From NCBI GenBank assembly GCA_015680685.1, contig MNCI01001683.1, positions 93,256 to 157,255 on the forward strand: 64,000 nt of DNA, given 5' to 3'. This stretch comes from Gnetum montanum (taxonomy: Eukaryota > Plantae > Gnetophyta). The position numbers and the translations under genes were made by a program. Positions 52,501 to 64,000 of this stretch are shown piece after piece (within the stretch, counting starts at the first letter, position 1; every line of letters begins with the position of its first letter). The notes under the pieces were generated by a model. That model was not told where the DNA came from and ran no database searches. It saw nothing but the letters and a program-made list of their open reading frames with translations.

Positions 52501-53181
52501 AGGGATGAAATGGGGCATGGTGGATGCTGGGACCACCGACGGACTGCTAATTATGCGCGGTGACGAGACCGCCCCCATGTTATTTTGGGGTATTTGCACT
52601 TGCAGCCCAGATGACTACGTAGTGACTTGCGGGATGGCAGGAATGTGAGTTTGGATGGTCATGGCTAGATTAAGAGGGGAGGCTTCTCCTGTAAGAGCAA
52701 ATAGGGGATTTATGTAGGTATGGGGACTAAGAGTGTGATATGAATGTTCAGATTGAGCTGCGAATTCATCATCTTCTTCCTCCCCATTCTGAGGTTCTAG
52801 CATAGACCGTGTAGCCTGACTCCTAGCCATGACCAATTGTGTTATGATTTCATGGTAATGTTCTGTCAGAGGAATGATGTTGTAGGCGGTAGGGGTAAAA
52901 TCCTGACCCCCTCGGTGAATTAGCTCAAAATTTCATTTCGCCTCGATTTCGGCTCAGCTAAGGGCAAGCTTTGCCTGGATCTTGACGCAGATGAAGTTAT
53001 ATTCCTCAGGGGTCATGACGGTAAATACGGGATCTTTGCCCTGCAGTCTCAATGACCGACGCGATGGTCGCTGAGGTCCTATAACACCAGAAGCTGGTCC
53101 GGTGAGGATGATGGGATTCACAGATGTGGCACCCGAGTCAGTTGTGGTCATTGCGGCTGTGGTGGTGTATGCAGAATCCAT
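49596..53181 (-). pseudogene. gag: gag-protease, family B
   Basis: YNGEGDPNAHL, FAMSLVGKALDWY, knuckle FCDYHQLCGQDTDYC, protease VHVDDDAATNV...FNLILGRSWL; stops and frameshifts. Confidence 0.92.
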
Positions 53182-53406
53182 TGGTCAAGTAGATTAATGG
53201 CAATAAATGACTGGATCTAAAAAGCGATGGACAAAGAAGATCGCGATTAGGCTTTCTACCCTGTAGGATTCCAAGGAATCGTTACTGTGACCGATCTACA
53301 CCGCACGATTTTTGTAAACTTCCCTAGAGGTATTACGTTTAAGTTTTGGAAACGCGAGTACAGATCGCTTATAGGGCTACCCGTAAAAATACGAATTGGA
53401 GCCTAG

Positions 53407-53424
53407 GCCCTCCTTCTAGTGCCA
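53407..53424 (-). promoter_or_regulatory. Primer binding site (tRNA-Asn type)
   Basis: Reverse complement TGGCACTAGAAGGAGGGC, one mismatch to the family A PBS. Confidence 0.85.
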
Positions 53425-53430
53425 GAAAAC

Positions 53431-54967
53431 TGTAACAACGAAAAATGTCGGTAGCTGGAAAATACCAAATAAAATCCATGTACACAGTTTTAACCACGGA
53501 TCCGTGCAAGGGCTGTGCTGGAGAAAACGAATCCGCAGTGCCCTGAATGGTCTTGTCGATCAGACAAGGACTTACTTAATTAATAAATCGACGAAGATTA
53601 TAGGTGTTTCGTGGAATGATTTGATTTGATAAATTGCAAAAGGAGAGGAAAACGATGTAGATAAATTGCAATAATGACAACGTTAACACGACAAAGGGAA
53701 TCAGATTTAAGAGAAATGCGTGATTTCAAGATCTATACTTTGACCCGAAAAAATGAGTATTTTGTATACAAAATTACAATGGGAAGACTCCGATTATCTT
53801 GTGCGAAACATACACAAAATAATAAGAAAAACTGTTTAACAAGGAGTGCAGAATGGAGCTCGGTCTACCTTGTAAGCCAAAGACGGAGTGCAAGGAAGGT
53901 CAAGCTCAGATGTCTATCAATCAACTGTGTCTGATCAATAGATCTTGCCAACCGCACCAGATGATCTCTCGATCTCTGATCTATCTTCTTTGCTTTGGGT
54001 AGTCTCTGCTCAAAATTGCCAAGGATCACCGATGGGAGAACTGTATTTTCGCCAAAAGGTATGATCACTCCTACTGCCAATGCTTGAAAAATGTCTCTTG
54101 TTTCTGCTCAAGGATGATAACTGCCAAAAGTTGAATATGCCAGCCGCCCCCTTTTCTCTTCACCAACTGGAGTATTTATAAGTTCCACAACATGTGGAAA
54201 GGGCACGGCCTTGATGACACGTGTCTCGAACTTGCAAAACACCATTGACTTGACCATCTTTATGTTGAAACTCGTGATTACGCACAATATGCTCATCCGC
54301 GTATTGTGTGTATGAATAACAGATGTGCATCTGGCATTGTCCTAGCTGATCTTGGGCTACATTACGCTCGTTTACGTTGCGTCGCGTGCAAGAGCATAAC
54401 AAAGCATGAAAATAATGGACTCAAGCTGTTTTATGCTCATTTACCCCGCCAAGCGTAGTGAAGCGTAAACAATGATCAACTTGATGATAAATTACGCTGA
54501 CGTACGCTGCGTAGAGTAACGAGCGTAAGGCGATCAATCTGCAAAAAGAAAGGAGCCGATCTGTTATGCCTCCTTGGACTCTGCCTTTGACCTTTTTGAA
54601 GCTCATTACGCATGCTTTGCGTAAGAGAGCATAAATCCGACCCTGGACAAAAGACTTAGCAGAATATGCGAAAAGTCGCATATTATGCTGCTTAGGCCTT
54701 AAGCTTCACCAAATCTATTGAAGTTACCTTCTGATGTTAGACTATGTTAAGCAGAATTACACTAAGAGTCATTATGCTAAGTTGCGTAATGTAGCATAAA
54801 GACAGAAAGTATAGTAAAATTGAAATCTGTAAGGAACTTGGAGACTTGATGCCGGGTGCCATTTCACCTTGCTTTGCCTTGTTCTACCTTCTGGAATTCT
54901 ATCACGAACGTTTGCCTAAATCGTGAATCTTCACTTGAGGTCGATTCACAATTTCCACGGTGTTTCA
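53431..54967 (-). repeat. 5' LTR of family B (1537 bp)
   Basis: Begins TGAAACACC like LTR A and ends ...GTTACA before the PBS; the body shows little similarity to LTR A. Confidence 0.8.
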
Positions 54968-55109
54968 AAGATGATGTGGAATTTCTTGGCAAGTATAAGA
55001 TATAACAGGTATACAAGTGGATCCTCCTCAAAGCAAGCTCCAACCCTTAATGTCGTTGTATAACCACATCTAAAAATGTCCTTAGGCACCTAAGGAGTTG
55101 AATGTAATG

Positions 55110-57420
55110 CATACCTATTTATACTTTTTTTGATGGGTATAATGGTTATAATTAGATCCAAATCACTTTAGAAGACTAGGCCAAAACAAGCTTCACAAAT
55201 CCTTAAGGGACTTTTGCATACAAAAAGATGTCCTTTGGCCTATGCAACCCTCCAATGCCTAGTCCTTAGTATCTTTTAGAATTAAATTTGTAGTGTTAAG
55301 GAAGTCTTCATGGATGACTTCACCACCTATGGTGCTAATTTAGAAAAAGCAATGAACTTTCTTGAACAAGTACTAAAATGATCTATGGAAACAAACCTAT
55401 GGCTCAATTGATAGAAAAGCCATTTCATGGTCTAGGAGGGCATTGTCTTGAGACAAAAAATTTTAGAAAAAGGTATTAAAGTGAATCCTAAAAAGGTAAG
55501 GGCCATCCAAGGAATTACTAGACAACCTCAAATAATTAAAGATGTAAGGTCATTCCTTGGACATACTAGTTACTATAAACATTTCATTAAAAACTTTTTC
55601 AAAAATCACTAGGCTACTTGTTGAGCTTATTAAGAAGGATGAAAAATTTTAATGGACCAAGGAGTACAAATAATCATTCCAACACTTGAAGTAGAAGCTC
55701 ATAGAAACACTAATTCTACATGCACTTGTTTAGTCCAAATATTTTCATATCATGATAGATGCATCCAACTATGCATTGGAATTAGTGCTTACATAAATGA
55801 ATGATCAGAAACTTCCATGTTACATTCATTATGCAACAAGATCATTATGGGAGGACATCTTAATTACATCATTATAGAAAAGAAACTAATGATCGTGGTG
55901 TATGCTCTTGAGAAATTTAGACACTATGAGCTTGAATACTTCATTTTTGTACACACTAATCATAGTGCAACTCATTTTCTAATGAACATGCCAATAGTAA
56001 GCCCCCATGTTATATGGTGGTTGGTGATCTTGCAAGAGTTTGATCTAAAAATGGTGGATAGAAAGGAACCCAAAAATGTAGTTTTCGATCATCTATCTAT
56101 GTTAAGATAGGATAACAAGGCTAATGAAGAGTCCTTGTTTGATCAATTTAAAGATGAGCTTCTCTTTACTAAAGTTCAAGCACTAAGGATTACAAACTGG
56201 TATGATGAACTTCTTTCCTATCTACTCATATAGGAGACTGCTACAGAATGAGACCATAGGAGGAAGCAACAATTCCTCTACTAGGTTAAACACTACCTAG
56301 AAATAAATGGTAGCCTCTACAAAATTTACATTGATGGCCTAGTATGATGGTGTATATTTGATATAGATCAACTAAGAGTCCTCCAAGATGCTCATGCGGG
56401 CCCTTGTGGGGATCAGTATGCATGAAGGAGAATGATCATAAAAATCCTAATGGTAGGATATTTCTGGCCTATGATATTTAGGGATGCCTAGCATTTCACT
56501 CATTCATGTGAGCGATGTCAACAAGATAGAGGGATAACAACTAGGATAGAATGTCTTCAATAATAGATCCAACCACTAGAGCCTTTCAACCTTTGGAGAA
56601 TTAATTTCAGGGGACCCATCACTCCCATGTCCAACAGGAAGTCTTACATTATTGTTGTTGTTGACTATTGTACTAAATGTGCTGAAACTGTAGCTATTAC
56701 CAATTGTACCTCTCCCACTACAACTTGATTCTTTTAGCAACAAGTGGTAAATAGGTTTGACATGCCTAGGACACTAATTTCTAATAATGAAACCTATTTC
56801 ACTAGTGTTACCTTTCGTAAGTTAATGCACCACCTAAGGGTGGAACATAAACTTACAATATCCTATCATCCCCAAGCTAGAAATCAAGTTGAGGTAACCA
56901 ATAGGAAGATCACCAAAATCCTAACAAGGACCATCGGTAGATATAGGAAAGATTGGAGTACCAAACTCAATGATTCCCTATGGACATATTACTTAACATG
57001 GAAACTTCCTATAAGCTATGCTCCTTACAAGTTAGTACACAAAAAATTACCTAAACTTCCAATTCAAACTAAACTCCATACACTTAGAACTACATGTGAG
57101 CTTGAACTAGACATTAACTTAGCACAAAAAGAAAGATTGATGATCCTCAACAGTAGTTCTTATGATGAATGAAGTACACAGGCCATACAACAAACAATGA
57201 CATGATGTCCATATATGAAATGTTGAATTCAAACTAGAACACAAGGTTCTCTATTAGAATTTCATGCATGTGTTGCAATAAACTAAATTCTAGACATTAT
57301 GGAAAGGAGCATACATTGTACACTCAACTTTCCTTCTAGGGATATTTCTATTTACCATGCAACAAGCCCCCAAAATTACATGCTAGTCAATATCCAATAA
57401 TTGAAATCCTTTTCATACTT
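55110..57420 (+). pseudogene. pol: Decayed Athila-like RT-RH-INT (probable continuation of element C)
   Basis: DGYNGYN, MSFGLCN, FMDD, DASNYALG, ALEKFRHY, VDYCTK.AE, YHPQARNQVEVTNR; single RH; many stops. Confidence 0.8.
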
Positions 57421-58571
57421 TCAAGTAACCAACCACAACCGTAACACCTTAACCTAAGAACAAGCTCACTCCATTTTTCAAATCTCCTCCTTCCAATTTA
57501 GTCATGGGGAAGAAGCCCATCTACCCTAAATACCTTGGAGAGGAAGAAAATTTTTCTTCTTTTTTTATTTTACATCATTCTTCATACATTTTCCATTTTC
57601 TTTATCCTTTAATATTTGTTTTATACATTCTACTTTACTTTTACTTTTACTTGACTTTACCTTTGCATTCCCTTTTTACTTCATCTTGTTCCTCCTTTTT
57701 CTTACAATATAGATTTTTTTTTATTTGCCATTGTGAATTTTTATGATGACTAAATGTAACTATCAAGATTGTAACTCTCTACATAGGCCAACTTTCTCTT
57801 TGGATTATGCTCTCTAATAATGAGTTATCATATTTCTAAGGTACCAAGTAGTGATCTCACGATGTCTACCCATTCCATCTATCTTATAAGGAGATTTGTA
57901 TCATGGTATCACAATGGTTCTTTCATATGAAAACTAAAAAGTAACATGTGATCTTGTTACTCAAAAACCCAAGAAATGACCAAGTGGAAATGGGAAAGGG
58001 TCTAGCCTCAAGGAGATTTGTTGATTTCTCTTCTTAACTTCCATCTTGAGTCTTATCACTCCTCATGGAACATATCATCACATCTCCTATAAGTCATAAA
58101 AGGAAGTATGTCTTTGTAACGTGTGGCTTCCATTGCAAAAAAAGAAAAAAAGAAAAAAAGAAAAAAATAAAACACACCTCTTTGAAGATCTCTTGGGATA
58201 CAAGCATTGGTTATAAGGCTAAAAAGACATGTTACCCATGCCTAAAGGCACCCCTCTAAGCAAGGCCTATATCTCTTCCTTAATAATCTCTAACTACTTC
58301 CTTCTTTTCTTTTCTTCTTTTTCTAGGAGTGACAATTTTTCTTTGTGGCTATTGTAGACTCATGATGGTAGAAGAGAGGGAACACATCAATGTGCAGTCA
58401 CTACCAATGATATGGACTTGGTCTAGACTCAAAACAGATTGGTATTGGAAGCATCCTAATCACACATTCCACAAAGGATATCATGTAGCTATGATCTAAA
58501 TTCTCATCTTGTAATCTCTTTCTTAACCATTCTGTCACTCCATTTTTCACCTCACTACCTCATACCATGGT

Positions 58572-61500
58572 TGATGAATCATGTTTTTCATATGCTCTGA
58601 TATTAGAGCAGCTACGATATTGGGTACATGATATTGGGTATGCAATATCATGGTCCAAGATGTGATATTGTGCATTCAATATCGAAGGGTTATTCCCAAG
58701 TCTATAAATACAGCCCTCGGGTGCACGATTCAGAGTAGGTTTTGGCAATCAAGTAGTGAAACTCTTGCAGTTTGTTCATTTGAGAGTTAGAATATTTTCC
58801 AAGTGCCCGCAGTAGAAGATCTAAGTGTGATCGAATCTTTATTGAAGCATTGATGTACCTGAACACACCATTGTGTTGGCAATAAAGACAAGCTCTTTGA
58901 TTCACCTTGTAGCACTTGAGACTTTCTTTCTTATGCATTTTTATATATTATGATTTCATTTAGTTTACATTAATGTTATTCATTTAGCAATTAATTTTGA
59001 TTCATTAAGCAACTAATTAAAATACACAAGCACAACCCCTTCAAACATACGGCGACACTTGGTAGCTCAAAAACAGTTAGTGTTTGACAACCTAGCAGCG
59101 TTTACACAAAGTTCAGGATGTGTCCAAGAAGTGGGAACAGTTACTTGTGTTAGGCTAGATTAGACCATAATTTACTTAGCACTTAATTACTCTTACTTTC
59201 ATTCTTGTTTTAGGCAAGTAAATTAATAAAACACAAAATAATAAAAATCTTATGCCTTAGTCACACTTAACCATACAATTGCATTTCACAAGTGGGACTC
59301 GGAAGACAATGAATGAACAACACATATGCACTCTTTAGCTCTAGCATACATGGTTATTAAAGTCTATAGAATTTGACTAGATCACATTTGAATGCCTATG
59401 ATTCATATGGTTGGACGTAGGGGTATCTTGTCACTCATCATTGGTGCTGTTGTTGGGGACTTTAGTTTTATGTGCACTATCTAAATTGAGTGAAACTTAG
59501 TAACCTCGTTATTCAAACCCTAAGAGTCAAAATTTTACAAAAACAAAAATTAGAATTATAATCCAATTAAACCTTAACTGCACACTGCCTATAATTTTAT
59601 TAACATAAAATATCTTCTTCTCATAGGAGCCTATCTTTGCCTAGGGCAGACTAGGTGCCTCAACAATACTGGGTGGTATATGCTCATCCTCTTGAGTATG
59701 TACCAGACTTCACCTTTATCATGCATCAAGATAAAATGCTGTAGTGGCATGACATGGAACGTAACATTGTGTTACCACTTGATCGATCTATTCTAGCAAT
59801 GCTTTAGCTAATGCTCACATGACATGGGCTTCAACATCTTCATGAAGAGTACGAGATGCCAGATCCTAGTTCAATGGATTATCATCCCACTAAAGCATAA
59901 AGGTTAAGGGATCATCAGCTAGAGCACCAACATGAGCTTGAGAACGGTAAGGGGTCAAATACTTTTCCACCTCTACTTGGTCCATTAGATTAAGGCGACC
60001 ACTTCTTTAGTGATTCTCCTTTCTTTGACTTTGTTCGGGGAGCCCTCAACCAAAACGTGCAATCCACAATTCATAATCTAGGTTTTGGCCAGAATGGATC
60101 CAATGACAAAAATGGATCTAGAGGAGCAAGTCATGATAAGGGGCAAAAAGGAGGTCACGATCGTGATTGTGGTTGTGAGCATCGAAGGAAGGGTGATAGG
60201 CATTAGCACGGAGCAAGTTCTCTTTCCTCTTCCCCTTCATTATCTTCTTCCTCTTCATTTGGTTCAGATCATGGCTGCAGAGGGCATAACCATGATGGAG
60301 GTGACCAATGAGACTAGAATAATAGAAGGGACCATTAGGATAGTCGCAATCAAAGGCATGGACAATCTAGGAAGATTCATTGCCAGGAAAGAGGGGTTAG
60401 TATAGAACATCATAGGCACCATCACCATGGCCTTGATGAACCTCTACTTGCCACTCGAAGCATGTTAAACATTGCAAAGATCATGAGGATTTCAACAAGG
60501 AACGTAAAGGATAGCAGAATAAAGAGGCTGGACATGAACAAAATACCTTGGTTTGAGGGGGGCTACGATGCTAATATGCAAAATCTTCTCGAGGCCTTCG
60601 AAGATGCATGTGCCTTGCAAAATATTGAGAACAACTGGCAAAAGTTGAAATTATTTCTAAGGACACTCATAAAGGAAGTAGAAAATTGGCACCGGTCCTT
60701 GGAGTCAGAATCAATCAAGCATTGGAGTACGATGTTGGAATTTTTCAATGACAAATATCAAACGTACTCCTAAGTGTCAAATTTGAGGAAGCAGATCCAA
60801 GGGTGGAAATAAGAAAACCATGAGCCATTGGATTTTGCTATTGGCCAATACTATTCTCTGCTGCATAGGTGTCTTGGCCATGGATACTCTCAGCTTGATC
60901 AACTTCGCAATGTCATAGATAGGTTGTGATCTAAAACAAAGAAAACTCTTAGTGTCTATGCCTAAGGGAGATTGACAGAGTTAAGCACCCATTGGATCTA
61001 AAAGATAATTTAGTAGGTAGCCAAGAAGGAGGGAGAATTGAGAAAGTGTAGAGTAATACAATATGAATCATTCTATCCACAAAAGGAGGATTCAATTTTG
61101 TGATAGTGAGGATGAGTTAACTAGAGATGAGGTGATTAACTAAAAAAACTTGCCACTCTAGAAATTGCAATTTGAAATCATAGGTAAGGTTGACTAATTA
61201 TTGGACTCTATGGACAACAAGTTTCAAGCTATCTTAAAAATTGCTGAAGAGTTCAAGGAGCAAAGTGGTGGGTGTGAGCATTGGAGACGTAAGGAAGCTA
61301 AACAAGCCATATCTAAGGGTAAGGGTAAAATGGCTGCAATAGAGATTATTACAAATAGTGACTCAGATGGTGATGGTAGGTGTGACATCTGCCAGTATGA
61401 ACATTCTAAGGAATGTTGCCCAATTGTGTCACACTTGTAGGAATCTAGGGTGCACAATGGAAAACACCCAAAAAATTACCTTATCCACAAGGCAAATCTT

Positions 61501-64000
61501 GACTGTTTTACCAACTACAATAGTACTATCCAAATGGAACTCCATTGCAACCCTACGAATTATACTAGTAATGGTAGCAACCACAATTATGAGCATTGCC
61601 ACCTCCAAGACAACCAGCAACTAGATCGCTATGGTTACTATGTTCAGCAACCTTCATCACCACGAGGCTCTTCTAGTGATGAGTCCACTTACCAACCTCA
61701 CCACTACCCTCCTGAAGTATACCAACTTCCCTATCCAAGGAGGGATGCCACCTACTATCCTCATGATGCTCCTATCCTTGCACCTACTCCTCTATCTCTT
61801 ACACAGCTACCACCTACTCTATCCATGCAGGGTGAATTGCCTACCCAACCATAACAAAGAAACACTACGAGGATAGTTAATCTGCAACCGATTAACCAAC
61901 CAAATAGGTCAAAATCACGATGAAAGAATAGACCCTTCTTCCAACCTCATAGTCCACCAGAGCCCTCAAACACATCAATGGTTGGTAACCTTACTCCTCC
62001 ACCTTCCTCTGTCTCACCTTTATCCAAGTCCCTTTCAAGCCAAGATCCCTCTGGAATCCATATTGTAATGTTGACTCATGCTGTATCTAATTGGATTTGA
62101 GCTAGTAACTTGCCCATGAAGTTAGCTGATCTTAAGAGCCCCCTAGTATATTTGTAAATTGTTGGGAATGAGCATTGTAAGCCTCCTCTTCACTTTGGTT
62201 TCGATATTAATCTGATCTCACATGAGATGTACACAATGTGGAACCTTCCTCCCTTAAAGAAGAGCAACATCTGGCTGGAATTGGTGGATCAGTCCATCAT
62301 TGTTCCATTGGAACTAGTAGAGGACATCGTAATCACTATTTGTGGGTGGTCATATCTTGTCAACTTCCTAGTAATCAAGGTGGAGAACTGTAAGGGGAAC
62401 TTCCCAATTATTATGGGAAGGACTTGGTTAAGCACCGTTGATGCCGAAATGGGCATTAGAGATCTTTCCTTGGAGATATCTAAAGAAAATATATTTAAAA
62501 AGATTGATAAGAAGAGGGTTCCATGTATTTTGTATAGCGATTCAGGGTGTCATTGTGTGTAGAAGTTATGGTCAGTGAAGCGAACATCTATCTCTGCATG
62601 CAAGAAGTATGCACCAGAAGCTAAAATTCAAAGCTTTTTGTATGCAGTAGCCACAAACAAGAAGGCACCTAATGGCTGACAATTGATTCTAGCGGTAGTA
62701 CATTGTGCAAGAAACCTATTCATGGCCTAATGTATGAATATGTTGCAAGTATGGATGAACTCGAACAAGTCCATCACCAGCTCTTTGAAATAGTAAATGG
62801 TGATGTCAATTGGAAAGAGTTGAAGATTCTTGACAATTTTAAATAAGAACCCCTTGAATTAAAGACATTACCGATTAGAATGGAATATGTGTTCTTGAAA
62901 AATGGAAGGCTAGTCATTATTAATGCCAAGCTTGCTATAGAACAAAAGAAAATTTGGATGAAGATTGTGGAAAGATGGTCAACAGCCTTTGCCTAGTCAT
63001 ATTTTGAGCTCACTAGCATAGATCCAAGAATATGCTAGCACTGGATATACACTAACCCCATTGTTAAGCTGAAATGACAGTCACAATGATGTTTGAATCC
63101 CAAATTTAAGCAGATTATCAAAGAGGAGATTGAACAACTCTCAAGGTGGGATTCATCCACTCTGTCACAAATAGTGAGTGGGTCAGTCCACTCATGATCA
63201 TGCCTAAGAAAGGAGGCAAATGAAGGGTGTGCATCAACTTTAGCTTGCTCAACATGACAACTTTCAAAGATCATTTTTCATTGCCTCTTGTTGACCAAGT
63301 GCTGGACACCATTTTTGGGCACAGCTATTACAACTTTCTAGATGGTTATAATGTCTATAAAAAAAATTGAATTGCATTAGAGGATCAGGCGAAGATAACT
63401 TTCACAAGTTCTTGGGGGACTTTTGCTTACCATCAGATGTCATTCGGTCTATGTAATGCCCCAACCATATTTCAATGGCTAGTCCTTAGCATTTTCCAAC
63501 AACAAATTAGTAGTGGGGTAGAAGTTTTCATGGATGACTTTTCTACCTATGGAGCTACATTAGTGCAAGCCTTAGACTATCTTGAGCAGGTGTTGAGGAG
63601 ATGTGTCGAAACAAACCTCCGGCTTAATTGGCAAAAGAGCTATCTTATGGTTCAAGAAGGCACAGTCTTGGGGCACTATATCTCAAAGCAGGAATCAAGG
63701 TGGACCTTGAAAAGATAAGAGTCATCCAAGGAATAACCCATCAACCCGAAATAGTTAAAGAAGTGTGGTCATTCCTTGGTCATATGGGCTACTACCGACG
63801 TTTCATTGAGAATTTCTCCAAAATCACCAAGCCATTGGTGAAATTAACAAAGAAGGATGCATCATTCATTTGGACCTTTACATGTGAAACAACATTTTAG
63901 CAACTGAAGTAGAAACTTATTGAAACCCCAATTCTACAAGCACTTGATTGATTCAGACTATTTCATGTGATGACTGATGCATCAAATTATGCTTTAGGGG
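58572..64000 (+). mobile_element. Athila-like element D: LTR 58572-59440, PBS 59441-59459, decayed gag, protease, RT, RH start (runs off the window)
   Basis: TGATG...CATCA LTR; PBS TTGGTGCTGTTGTTGGGGA (degenerate tRNA-Asp type); IPWFEGG; IIMGRTWL; MSFGLCNAP; FMDD; TDASNYALG. Confidence 0.85.

Larger units (their letters stand above)
42722..54967 (-). mobile_element. Tat-clade element, family B (3'-truncated)
   Basis: LTR, PBS, gag, protease, 5-kb insert, then RT-RH-aRH. Breaks just after the aRH ADALA motif; integrase and 3' LTR are absent. Confidence 0.92.

Noticed and set aside
35168-59440. LTR C and LTR D as the two LTRs of one element
   Set aside because: Too diverged and different in length; D has its own PBS and no upstream PPT.

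Overview
Plant nuclear DNA, dominated by nested Ty3/gypsy LTR retrotransposons around one host gene. The host gene is a minus-strand pfkB/ribokinase-family gene: five 5' exons lie at 27092-30117, one intron is GC-AG, and I found no later exons in the window. 2234-26078 is one Tat-clade insertion (family A; RT-RH-aRH-INT order, tRNA-Asn-type PBS) flanked by a near-perfect 5-bp TSD. It has three LTRs, an inverted circularly permuted internal copy and a ~15.8 kb palindrome centred at 17858/17859. 35168-64000 is a nest of decayed Athila-like elements containing a second, diverged Tat element (family B, 42722-54967, minus). Main finding: both Tat families carry a spliced antisense gene between gag-protease and RT. 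In family B it reconstructs as 7 exons and ~1030 codons: a basic N-terminus, an FCP1/NIF (HAD phosphatase)-like domain with degenerate catalytic motifs, a plant-mobile-domain-like region, a coiled coil and an acidic tail. Intron phases match between the two families, and the gene sits head-to-head with a pol ORF that has its own conserved ATG. All domain calls and identities are by eye, without database searches.
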